Positions 25,131 through 33,892 of a stretch of 35,188 bases of DNA are shown in pieces (within the stretch, counting starts at the first letter, position 1; each line of letters begins with the position of its first letter). This DNA is from Patescibacteria group bacterium. GTDB lineage: Bacteria; Patescibacteriota; Minisyncoccia; Phycocordibacterales; JACOZG01. Made by a program: the position numbers and the translations under genes. The notes under the pieces are model-generated. The model was not told where the DNA came from, made no database searches, and saw nothing but the letters and a program-made list of their open reading frames with translations. The stretch lies in contig JBBTTW010000035.1 in assembly GCA_038064055.1 (NCBI GenBank), forward strand, positions 1-35,188, in the 5' to 3' direction.

Positions 25131-26140
25131 CGTTTGGCTAAGATGGAACGTTTATAAACCGCCAAGTGGTCGAGGGCAATGCCGGTCCCTTTAGCCACAC
25201 AGAAGAGAGCGTCATCAGCCAAGATCGCCTTAACGCCAGTGCGACGGTAGACGAGCTCCGGCAAATTGCGGAGGAGGGAGGAACCACCCGTCATAATAAT
25301 GCCGTAATCAATAATGTCGGCGGCGAGCTCCGGCGGCGTCTCTTGGAAAACGGTTTTGATCGCGGAGATAATCTCCTTCAACTCCCAATCGATGGCCCGC
25401 ACGATCTCGTTCGTCTTCACTTCAGCGAAGCGAGGTAAGCCGGTCATTAAGTCGCGGCCCTTAATCGTGTGGACCATCTCATCTTCCACCGGCACTGCCG
25501 AGCCGATCGCGATCTTCGCTTCTTCGGCCGTCTTGTCGCCAATCGCCATGTTGAACGTCTTTTTAATATGATCGGCGATGGCTTGATCGATCCGATTACC
25601 GGCACACTTAACGGAAGTGGAAGCGACGATGCCGCCGAGCGAGATCACCGCTACGTCGGTGGTACCGCCGCCAATGTCCACAATCATATGCCCCCGCGCC
25701 TCATAGATCGGCACGCCGGCGCCGATGGCGGCGAGGATCGGCTCCTTCACCACATAAGCATTCTTGGCACCGGCCTTAATCGCCGCCTCGATCACCGCTC
25801 GGCGCTCGGTCGAGCTCACGCCCGCCGGCACACTGATCATCACGTCCGGCTTCCAGAGGTTGAAGCGACCAAGTGCCTTGCCAATGTAGTACCGAAGCAT
25901 AATTTCGGTGACGCGGTAATCGGCAATCACCCCATCCTTCATCGGGCGGTAAGCACTGATGCTGTCGGGCGTCTTGCCCACCATCACTTTGGCTTCGGCG
26001 CCGACGGCTAGCACTCGCTTGTTCGACTTCGAAATGGCGACGACCGAGGGTTCGTTCAGCACAATCCCCTTGCCGGGCACGAAGACGAGCGTATTCGCCG
26101 TGCCGAGGTCGATCCCTAATTTTTTAATAAAAAATTGCAT
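25127..26140 (-). CDS. mreB: Second MreB/Mbl paralog
   Basis: GIDLGTANT, EPSVVA, PMKDGVIAD, DIGGGTTD, TGGSSLL. Confidence 0.95.
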   Translation of the reverse strand: MQFFIKKLGIDLGTANTLVFVPGKGIVLNEPSVVAISKSNKRVLAVGAEAKVMVGKTPDSISAYRPMKDGVIADYRVTEIMLRYYIGKALGRFNLWKPDVMISVPAGVSSTERRAVIEAAIKAGAKNAYVVKEPILAAIGAGVPIYEARGHMIVDIGGGTTDVAVISLGGIVASTSVKCAGNRIDQAIADHIKKTFNMAIGDKTAEEAKIAIGSAVPVEDEMVHTIKGRDLMTGLPRFAEVKTNEIVRAIDWELKEIISAIKTVFQETPPELAADIIDYGIIMTGGSSLLRNLPELVYRRTGVKAILADDALFCVAKGTGIALDHLAVYKRSILAKR

Positions 26141-26146
26141 AAAAGT

Positions 26147-27427
26147 TTAAGCGCGTTTAATCGAAAGACCGAGCGTCGTTAAGCGGTGCGCGATGTCCTC
26201 ATACCCTCGATCGATATAGCGGGCATTATGGACAATCGTTTTGCCGTGGGCGATGAGACCGGCTAAGAGATAGGCTAAACCGGCGCGGAGATCGGGACTC
26301 GACACTTCTTGACCTTGAAGCGGCGTCGGGCCGGAGATCTTCAGCCGATGAGAGTCGAGGATCTCAATCTTCGCTCCCATTCGATTAAGCGTCTCAGCAT
26401 AAGCGACGCGTCCTTCGAAGATCGCTTCGAAGACTTCGCTCCCACCGCGCGCTTGGGTTAGGAGAACGGTGAAGGGGGCCTGCAAATCGGTGGGGAAACC
26501 CGGGTACTCATGCGTCTTCACCTTAAGCGCTTTCAGTTCACCCTTGGGAGCGAGGATAGTTACCGACTGCTTACCTCGCTTCACCCCGATTCCCATCTCG
26601 CCGAGGAGATTAAGTAAGGCTTCGAGATGCTCGGGCTCGCAGTGAGTAAGCTTAAGCTCTTCGGCCAAGAGCGACCCCATAATGGCGAAGCTGCCGGCCT
26701 CGATCCGATCGGGTAAGATGCGGTAAGCTCGCTTCGGGGAGAGTGGCTTGCCCCCCTGGATCGTGAGCGTGGTGGTGCCAAGGCCCGTGATCCGCCCGCC
26801 GGCCGACTTGAGGAAATTAACAAGATTCTCGATCTCGGGCTCAAGAGCACAGTTCTTAAGCACCGTCTCGCCCCGCGCGAGGAGCGCCGCCATGAGGAAG
26901 GTCTCGGTCGCGGTGACGCTCTGGTTTTTGAAAAAGATGGTGGCGCCGCGCAGGCCGCCGCGCGGCGCGCGGATGAGGTAACCCTTACCCTCATCCACCA
27001 CCCTCGCCCCCATGGCGCGAAAACCGTGGAGGAAGAAGTCGATCGGCCGCTCGCCGATAACGCAACCGCCGGGATGCGGGAAAGTGACTTCGCCATACCG
27101 CGCGAGGGTCGGCCCGCTGAAGAGAATGGAGGCGCGGATCTTCTCGGCGATCTCCTCATCAAGTTTGGGGTGAGCGAGATTGGCCGGCGGCAAGATGCTC
27201 GCCGAACGCTTCCCCCGCTTCACTTCCCCACCCAAGCGCTCGACCAGAGCGAGCATCTTCGAGACGTCATCAATTTGCGGCAAATTTTCGAGCTTGAGCG
27301 GCGTCCGACAGATAAGACCGGCGGCAATCGCCTGGACGGCATCATTCTTCGAACCATTAACCTGAACGGTGCCTCGAATTAAGCGCTTACCACCGGCGCC
27401 TTCGATAATTAGAGTATCCTGCTCCAC
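26147..27427 (-). CDS. murA: UDP-N-acetylglucosamine 1-carboxyvinyltransferase
   Basis: GSKN, IRASIL, PGGCVIGERPID, SVTATE, PDRIEAG, YPGFPTDLQ, DLRAG, IDRGYE; GTG start. Confidence 0.97.
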   Translation of the reverse strand: MEQDTLIIEGAGGKRLIRGTVQVNGSKNDAVQAIAAGLICRTPLKLENLPQIDDVSKMLALVERLGGEVKRGKRSASILPPANLAHPKLDEEIAEKIRASILFSGPTLARYGEVTFPHPGGCVIGERPIDFFLHGFRAMGARVVDEGKGYLIRAPRGGLRGATIFFKNQSVTATETFLMAALLARGETVLKNCALEPEIENLVNFLKSAGGRITGLGTTTLTIQGGKPLSPKRAYRILPDRIEAGSFAIMGSLLAEELKLTHCEPEHLEALLNLLGEMGIGVKRGKQSVTILAPKGELKALKVKTHEYPGFPTDLQAPFTVLLTQARGGSEVFEAIFEGRVAYAETLNRMGAKIEILDSHRLKISGPTPLQGQEVSSPDLRAGLAYLLAGLIAHGKTIVHNARYIDRGYEDIAHRLTTLGLSIKRA

Positions 27428-27433
27428 GGCAGC

Positions 27434-27462
27434 ATTTTAGGCTTTAATTCAAGTTTTTACAA
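27434..27462 (-). promoter_or_regulatory. murA promoter, probably leaderless
   Basis: TTGTAA-17 nt-TAAAAT, 6 nt before GTG. Confidence 0.6.
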
Positions 27463-27466
27463 CCCT

Positions 27467-29401
27467 TTACACCACCAGGTCTTTGGTGATGATTCCTTTA
27501 TCCAATTTCTGGGGTTCGGATTTATAAACTTGTCGATAAGTCTCGTCCGGCAATTTCTCTTCCACCGTAATATAGTATTCGCCCGGGGGCGTGAGGAGGA
27601 AGAAGCGTCCCATCATATCGGCCACCACCGACTTCACTTGCTGGTCAACGCCGGGGACGAAAGCGCGGATGACGGCGAAGGGAATCGGCAAACCGGTGAC
27701 GCGACTCTTCACCGCCACCGCCGGCCGCCGCTTGCGCCAGATATAACGGAACAAAAGAATGCCGAGGTAGAAAAACGGCGTGATCAAGTTGAGCCAACTT
27801 GGCCGGAAGATCGCTTGGTATGAAGCCAGAACGAGACCGATATAGAAGAGAAGATTGAAAATGAGATTACGCCGGCGCTCTCGCTTCGAATGGAGAATGA
27901 AGAAACCTTGCTGCTCCTTGGCAAACTCATTCCAGTCGAAGGCGATGGGGTCGAGCGGGATGTTGCGATTGACCACTTCCCCACCCGCACTCACGAACGG
28001 CTCACCGAAGTAGAGATTCTCGTACAACTCGTCACCCGTTTTCCCTTCCAGTTTGAGCGACGGGAAGCGATAGTGAGTCTTGTTCGCAAGTAAGGTGTAA
28101 CTGCCGGACGGCAAGAAGAAGCCATACCGACCGTCGAGGTCGGTGATGGCGGTTGTAACGTCCGTCTCGCCGCGACGGATGATGACGTAAGCCGGATCGA
28201 GCGGTCGCTTCGTGACCGAGTCATAGACGACACCCCACGGCGCCGACCGGCGCCGCACGCCAATCGCCCGCAAGATGAGGGAGCCGAAGTGGACAAGGAG
28301 AAGGTAGAGGTCGTAGAAGGAACTAACTTGTCCCGAGAGAGCCACCGCTTGCGCCAAGCCGGAGCCTAAACCAACAATGGTGACGACCGGCGAAGTAACG
28401 CGACCAATAATCGTTTGACTAAATGGCACCGGCCCGCCGCCGACAACGAGGTGGCCGGCCAAACGCTTGATCGTCTGATTTTTGAAATTGATAATCGAAA
28501 TGTAGATCGGGTAAGTCCCCTGCTTGAGCAAGGCGCCGATGTTGGCCGTGTAGGCTGTCTTGTCGCGGTTGACGCGGAGGATGAAGGAGCTCGAAAGTTT
28601 CGGGTTGTTGGGGTCGACGATGGTGAGACCGATCGTCTTCAGCGCTTCGGGTAAGCGGGTGTAATCGATGAGCACGGAAATGTCTTTCCCTCCGACGAGC
28701 GGCACCGCCTCACCACTGCGGAAGAAGCGCTGTCGTTCGCCCGGTTGGGCGAAGACAAAGTCACCCAAATCAAGTTGCTGAATGATCGGACTGTCGTCGA
28801 CAACTTCGGGAAAGGATTGGAAGGGATCGGGTGGCGGCACATTATCACCACCACTGTCGCCCGGACCAGGCGGTCCAACTGGCGGTGGTTCGTCACTCGG
28901 CACCGCGGCTAAAGCCACGGCGCCCGAAGAGTAAGCGCCACCCGTATCGCGGACGAAGGCGCTATAGTAGTAAGTTTGCCCGGCGGTCACGAGGCTATCA
29001 CTCGCCGACTGGCCGGAGCCGTCGTAGATGAAGAGACCATCCGTCGGACCGGTGGGGAAACCGCTGGTACCGCGGACGATCCGCACGGCGGCGAAAGTGG
29101 CGAAACTTGGATTCTGCCACGTCAGATTAATTTGATTCGGAGAATAGTTGGCCGAGAAATTGCTGACGTTTGGGATCACGGCGGGGTAAAGGCAGGAACC
29201 ATCATTCTGGGTCGCTTGAGAATTATAGTTGGTCGCTAAAGGGTCAGTACAACCGAGCACTGGCAGGGTCTCACCGCTACCACCTGATCCTTGCACCACC
29301 TCGAGATTAACCTGAACGGAGTCCGTCACCGCCAGAGTGAAAGTCGGATTGAGAAAGAAACCGAGCGAAAAGATTAAAAGATAATTTGAGATTGATCTCA
29401 T
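27467..29401 (-). CDS. Large surface/membrane protein: signal peptide, GCTDP-type Cys module, Fn3-like domain, Pro-rich linker, TM segments, two carboxypeptidase-regulatory-like beta-sandwiches
   Basis: GCTDPLATNYN...DGSC; LTWQNP...GQTYYYSAF; WGVVYDSVTKRPLD...TDLDGRYGF; ADMMGRFFLLTPPGEYYITV. Confidence 0.8.
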   Translation of the reverse strand: MRSISNYLLIFSLGFFLNPTFTLAVTDSVQVNLEVVQGSGGSGETLPVLGCTDPLATNYNSQATQNDGSCLYPAVIPNVSNFSANYSPNQINLTWQNPSFATFAAVRIVRGTSGFPTGPTDGLFIYDGSGQSASDSLVTAGQTYYYSAFVRDTGGAYSSGAVALAAVPSDEPPPVGPPGPGDSGGDNVPPPDPFQSFPEVVDDSPIIQQLDLGDFVFAQPGERQRFFRSGEAVPLVGGKDISVLIDYTRLPEALKTIGLTIVDPNNPKLSSSFILRVNRDKTAYTANIGALLKQGTYPIYISIINFKNQTIKRLAGHLVVGGGPVPFSQTIIGRVTSPVVTIVGLGSGLAQAVALSGQVSSFYDLYLLLVHFGSLILRAIGVRRRSAPWGVVYDSVTKRPLDPAYVIIRRGETDVTTAITDLDGRYGFFLPSGSYTLLANKTHYRFPSLKLEGKTGDELYENLYFGEPFVSAGGEVVNRNIPLDPIAFDWNEFAKEQQGFFILHSKRERRRNLIFNLLFYIGLVLASYQAIFRPSWLNLITPFFYLGILLFRYIWRKRRPAVAVKSRVTGLPIPFAVIRAFVPGVDQQVKSVVADMMGRFFLLTPPGEYYITVEEKLPDETYRQVYKSEPQKLDKGIITKDLVV

Positions 29402-29404
29402 TCT

Positions 29405-30148
29405 TTATGAGGCGAGAGCGGTGGCGGTAATCGTGGCCGAGTAATTTTCAGCCGGTTGGGTGTTGTTGGAAGTGCCGATCTCGGCTTGAAGCTTGACGGT
29501 GGTGGCCGTACCGGCCGGACTGTTGGGGCTCGCTCGACTGGCGACCGTCCGATTGGTAGTGGAGAGGCCGTCCCAGCAACGATCGGTATTTTGACTCGCG
29601 CCAACGCCGCAGGCCGAACCATTGTCGAGATAGCGCGAGGCGGTATCGGTACCTTCAATACTGAAGCCGAATTCCGCCGCCGTCGCCGCGAGCGACCAGA
29701 GGTAATCCGGCACCGCTCCACTCGGAGCATAATCATCGAAGCTACCACTCGTGCCGCGCAGCGCGGGATTGGTCGAGGCCGCAATTGCCAGCGTGTAACC
29801 GGCGCCGTTATCAGTCGTCACCGTCCAAACGACCGAGCCGGTCGAGCCGCCACCGTCGATGTTGTTAATTGACGAGAGGGTCACATCCGACGGCGCCGAG
29901 ATGCTGATCGAACTGCCAAACATCGCTTGGTAACCGGCCTTAACTTTATAATTAGTGCTCGAGGAATCACCGGTGGCCACTTCGCCTACCGTGTCTTCAA
30001 GTTTGTAATTATTGGAAGTCGAGAGTTGGCCGCCGATGTTGATACTGTCGGCTTGGATCCGGTAATTGGTACTCGCGGCGACATAAGCCAGAGCGGCGAA
30101 GCTTGGCAAGAGAAGTAAGCTGATAATAATGAAGAATTGGTGTCTCAT
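29405..30148 (-). CDS. Secreted Ser/Thr-rich beta protein, WxL-like or pilin-like
   Basis: Signal peptide; three S-x-N-Y repeats; VTTDNGAGYTL; Cys pair; C-terminal strand YSATITATA. Confidence 0.75.
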   Translation of the reverse strand: MRHQFFIIISLLLLPSFAALAYVAASTNYRIQADSINIGGQLSTSNNYKLEDTVGEVATGDSSSTNYKVKAGYQAMFGSSISISAPSDVTLSSINNIDGGGSTGSVVWTVTTDNGAGYTLAIAASTNPALRGTSGSFDDYAPSGAVPDYLWSLAATAAEFGFSIEGTDTASRYLDNGSACGVGASQNTDRCWDGLSTTNRTVASRASPNSPAGTATTVKLQAEIGTSNNTQPAENYSATITATALAS

Positions 30149-31038
30149 GATTTAGTCGAATTGAAGCGCATGACCTTGAGACCAAACTTCAAGCCAATTA
30201 AGAAAATGATAATGAAGATGAGTAGCGCGTAAGACCAGACGAAGATTGAGGTTTGCTGTTCGGTTACGGTGTCGGCAAACCCCAGATTAAGCTCGAGCTT
30301 AACGCGGTAGAAGCCGAGCGGTAAGCCCTCGCTCAAATTAACTTCGCGACTGCGCGCACTCTCGGGTAAGACGAACCAAGGATCAAGACCTTGCTTAGAC
30401 TCTCTGCCCGTTAAACGATTGGTGATGGTGATCAAGCCGTAGGGATTAAGGTAGACGTTGCCGCGATTCTCGTAATCAATGTGGAAGGCCGGCGGTTCGG
30501 TCGTTTTGAAAAAATGATTACCAATCGGGCCGAAACCGAGCAGACGACCGGACTCATTCTTCTCGACGCCCGAGAGTCGCACGAAGAGGAGCGAGCCGAG
30601 GCGCGACACAGCCGAGGCCGTACCTTCAACCGGCGCGAAAGAGATGATGACGGCGCCATAAAGACCGGAGACACCTAAGTTTGCCGGCAGATTAATGATG
30701 ACGGGGATACTTAGGCTCTCGCCGGCAGCGAGCCTCGAGCGCGTTAGCGGCAAGCTCAAGTAAGGTAAGAGTGAGTAGGTGCTGGTATTAGCCGCGCGGA
30801 GCGCCACCGGCTCGGCCGATGAACTACCGGGAGCAATGTCTTCCAAGCTAACCGCCAGATTAACGGGCGCTCCGGTCTGGTTCGTTACCACGAGCTCGCG
30901 CGCCGCGCGCTCGCCCGGAGCCAAGCTAACCTCAAGCTTAGCCGGCACCAATTGGTAACTAGGCTCACTCGCCGCCGCGATGAAGGGTAGCAAGACGAGT
31001 CCCGAACCGAAGATTATTTTGATCAAGTGATTTCTCAT
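30145..31038 (-). CDS. DUF916/DUF3324-like (WxL-interacting-like) two-Ig-domain protein with C-terminal membrane anchor
   Basis: Signal peptide; PAKLEVSLAPGE, LYGAVII, YENRGNVYLNPYG, GFYRVKLEL; C-terminal TM plus basic tail. Confidence 0.7.
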   Translation of the reverse strand: MRNHLIKIIFGSGLVLLPFIAAASEPSYQLVPAKLEVSLAPGERAARELVVTNQTGAPVNLAVSLEDIAPGSSSAEPVALRAANTSTYSLLPYLSLPLTRSRLAAGESLSIPVIINLPANLGVSGLYGAVIISFAPVEGTASAVSRLGSLLFVRLSGVEKNESGRLLGFGPIGNHFFKTTEPPAFHIDYENRGNVYLNPYGLITITNRLTGRESKQGLDPWFVLPESARSREVNLSEGLPLGFYRVKLELNLGFADTVTEQQTSIFVWSYALLIFIIIFLIGLKFGLKVMRFNSTKS

Positions 31039-31913
31039 GGCGAAGAGGCTTTGATCGGCGTAATGACGAAGAGGTAATCATCACCTCGACCCTCGCGGAA
31101 GACAGGCGTGATGACGCCCGTTTGACCGCTGGCCTCAAATTTAATTTCCACTTGATCGGAAAAGGAATTCTTAAGTTCGAGGGCCAACGCTTGATCTTGA
31201 GTTGGGTCGCCGGTTGAGGGTAAGACGACGAGGCCCGTCGAGGGCAGACCCGCTTGCGCCGGTGCGCGATTTAAGAGTTCGGACGTGATCTCGGCTTTAA
31301 TTTGAGCTTTCAATTCGGCTAAAATGTTCGGATCGATTACGCCAGTCGCCGGATTAACGGGCAGAGGCGAGGTGGCCACCGGCGGCGACCGACCCAGGAA
31401 GCCGCGCCAAGCGGCGGTGCTACTCTCCCAAGCATAAGCGAGGTTAGCCGCGAGTGCTTGCCAGAAGCCGGAGACAGCGAGCCAAAGCTCGGTGAGCGAA
31501 GCTTCCACCCCGCTGAAGACGCTCGCTACATTACCCCGATTCTCCGGTTGAGATAATGATCCGAGCGTACTTTGAGTAGCCGTAAGCGCCACTTGCCCAC
31601 CGCGGACCACCGCTTGCCAAGCATTAAGTTGCCAGAAGGATTGAAGGACGAGAACAAGGCTCGCGAGAAGGATGAGGGTTGCCACCGGCTTTAAAAGCGG
31701 GTGTTCAAAGTGAACCGATTCAGACGTAGTGAAATCTTCGAACGCGCCGATAGCAGCGGCGGGAACGTACCACTCGCCGCCGAAGTGCCGTAGCGGCAAA
31801 TGCTTGCTCCGGCAGATCATCTGTAATTCAGCGAGCGGCCAATGCTTACTCTCGGCCAGCCGGTTAAGCGATAAATATTTCTCGAGTTGATTGTCCACCG
31901 ACTCTGGTCCCAT
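31035..31913 (-). CDS. Hypothetical bitopic membrane protein with N-terminal excisionase-like HTH
   Basis: YLSLNRLAE...LQMICRSKHLPLRHFGGEWYV; TM; C-terminal FSDQVEI...GVITPVFR. Confidence 0.75.
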   Translation of the reverse strand: MGPESVDNQLEKYLSLNRLAESKHWPLAELQMICRSKHLPLRHFGGEWYVPAAAIGAFEDFTTSESVHFEHPLLKPVATLILLASLVLVLQSFWQLNAWQAVVRGGQVALTATQSTLGSLSQPENRGNVASVFSGVEASLTELWLAVSGFWQALAANLAYAWESSTAAWRGFLGRSPPVATSPLPVNPATGVIDPNILAELKAQIKAEITSELLNRAPAQAGLPSTGLVVLPSTGDPTQDQALALELKNSFSDQVEIKFEASGQTGVITPVFREGRGDDYLFVITPIKASSP

Positions 31914-31919
31914 TATCTA

Positions 31920-31925
31920 ATTATA
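31920..31925 (-). promoter_or_regulatory. -10 box of the surface-protein operon, probably leaderless
   Basis: TATAAT 6 nt before ATG 31913. Confidence 0.65.
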
Positions 31926-31950
31926 GTATGCCGGACGTTAGGGAGCGAGG

Positions 31951-31980
31951 GGTGGATAAGTTTAAGAAATATGGTATTTT
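31951..31980 (+). promoter_or_regulatory. priA promoter (extended -10) with a DnaA-box-like site over the -35 region
   Basis: TGgTATTTT (31972-31980) 6 nt before GTG; GGTGGATAA (31951-31959) is TTATCCACC reversed. Confidence 0.5.
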
Positions 31981-31986
31981 GGTTAA

Positions 31987-33885
31987 GTGAATGTCGTCAC
32001 CGTCACGCCGATCAGTCGGGGTCTATTCAAAGAGAGTTTGACCTACTTCTCCACCCTACCCATCGCCCCGGGGGCGATTGTGACGGTGCCGGTAAGAAAC
32101 CGCTCCGTTGAGGCACTCGTCCTCGAAGTTAAACCGGTCGAGGAAGCAAAGTCGAGTTTGAAGACGGCCAACTTCGCTTTAAAGAAGATCGAGCGAGTGA
32201 AGCACGAATCCTTCTTCAGTCCCAACTTCCTCGAAGCGGCGCGGCAAACTTCCAAATACTTCATCAGTCCGCTCGGCCAGACGCTCTCGAACTTGGTGCC
32301 GGCCGACATCCTCACCACGTCAAGCAAGCTCTTAAACTCGCCGGCGCGCCGCGAAACCAAGGTCTACGAACGGCCGCGCGGTTTGGAGAAATATATTCTC
32401 CAAGAGGCCGACGATGACCGACTCATCTACTACAAGGGTCTCGTCCGCGAAGAGTTCGCCCGCGGCTTCTCCGTCTTCCTCTGCTTGCCGACCTTGGCGG
32501 AAATCAAGAAGGTGGTCGGCTTCCTCGGTCGCGGCATTGATAATTACACCATCATTCTCCACGGCCGCTTGGGTAAGAAGAGCTTGCTTGAAGCTTGGCA
32601 CGAAGCCGTAACGATTAAGCATCCCGTGCTCATTATCGGCACGCCGATCTTCCTCTCGCTCCCCCGCCCCGACTTGAAGACGATCATCATCGACCGTGAG
32701 AACTCACCGGGCTACCGCACCCTGAATCGGCCTTTCCTGGATTATCGAATCTTCGCCGAGCGCTTGGCCGAAGTTAATCGTCAGCAATTTATCTTAGGCG
32801 ATCTCGTCTTGCGAACGGAGACGGTCCACCTGCTGGAGAAAGGTGTCTTCCAACCGAAGGTGGCGCTGAAGCACCATCTCATCTCGGTGGCCGATCAGGT
32901 CATTATGAGCGCGAAGAATCCGCCGGGCGAATTCCGCATCTTCGGCGAAGAATTACTCGAGCTCATTAAGCGAGCCGCGGCGGCGAGCGAACGGCTCTTC
33001 CTCTTCGTCCACCGGCGCGGCCTCGCGCCGATCGTGGTCTGCGAAGATTGCGGTGCCGCCGTCACCTGCCGCAACTGCCACGGGCCCGTGAGTTGGCATA
33101 AGCGCGGTGATGGGGACGACAGCTTCTTCCTCTGCCACCATTGCGGCGACGAGCGCGGTCCGGCTGAGAAGTGCGCCAATTGCGGCGGTTGGCGCTTACT
33201 CGGCCTTGGCATTGGGCTCGAACGCGTCGCGCGCGAGCTCGCCGAAGCTTTACCCCAAATCAAGATCTCGAAGCTCGACAGCGATGAGATTAAGAATGAG
33301 CGCCAAGCCGGAACGGTGATCAAGAAGTTCCTCGACACGCCGGGTGGCGTACTCGTTGGCACCGAGATGGCGACCCATTACTTGAAGGATAAGGTGGAGA
33401 ACGTGGCCGTCGTCGCCATTGACTCTCTCTTCGCCATCCCCGATTATCGGATCAACGAGCGCGTCTTCAACCTCCTGATTCGCCTGCGGAGCTTGGCGAG
33501 CAAGCGCTTCATCATTCAAACTCGGGCCGTCCGGAGCGAGCTCTTCGACTACGCCAGCCGCGGCGCCTTGCTTGACTTCTACCGCCACGAGCTGAAGGAG
33601 CGACGAGAGTATGGCTATCCACCATTCAAAATTTTTATTAAAATTAACCTGACGGGGGAGAAGAATGACGTCCTCCTCGCGATGAAGGCGCTGGAGAAAG
33701 ATCTTGCCGGTTACGAGTTCGATACTTTCGCCGCCTCCCGACTAAGTAAGGGGAACGACTTCGGCTTGAATCTCCTCCTCCGCTTGAAGACGGACGCTTG
33801 GCCGGACGAGAAACTATCTGAAATCTTGGAATCCCTGCCGCCGCAATACGTCGTGACCGTCGATCCGGAGAATCTCTTGGATTAA
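31987..33885 (+). CDS. priA: Primosomal protein N' (PriA) with degenerate helicase motifs
   Basis: N-terminal LTY/PGAIVTVP 3'-binding domain; RRG; four CxxC pairs; GLGIGLER; LVGT; ERREYGYPPF; VDP. Confidence 0.9.
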   Translation: MNVVTVTPISRGLFKESLTYFSTLPIAPGAIVTVPVRNRSVEALVLEVKPVEEAKSSLKTANFALKKIERVKHESFFSPNFLEAARQTSKYFISPLGQTLSNLVPADILTTSSKLLNSPARRETKVYERPRGLEKYILQEADDDRLIYYKGLVREEFARGFSVFLCLPTLAEIKKVVGFLGRGIDNYTIILHGRLGKKSLLEAWHEAVTIKHPVLIIGTPIFLSLPRPDLKTIIIDRENSPGYRTLNRPFLDYRIFAERLAEVNRQQFILGDLVLRTETVHLLEKGVFQPKVALKHHLISVADQVIMSAKNPPGEFRIFGEELLELIKRAAAASERLFLFVHRRGLAPIVVCEDCGAAVTCRNCHGPVSWHKRGDGDDSFFLCHHCGDERGPAEKCANCGGWRLLGLGIGLERVARELAEALPQIKISKLDSDEIKNERQAGTVIKKFLDTPGGVLVGTEMATHYLKDKVENVAVVAIDSLFAIPDYRINERVFNLLIRLRSLASKRFIIQTRAVRSELFDYASRGALLDFYRHELKERREYGYPPFKIFIKINLTGEKNDVLLAMKALEKDLAGYEFDTFAASRLSKGNDFGLNLLLRLKTDAWPDEKLSEILESLPPQYVVTVDPENLLD

Positions 33886-33892
33886 ATTAAAG

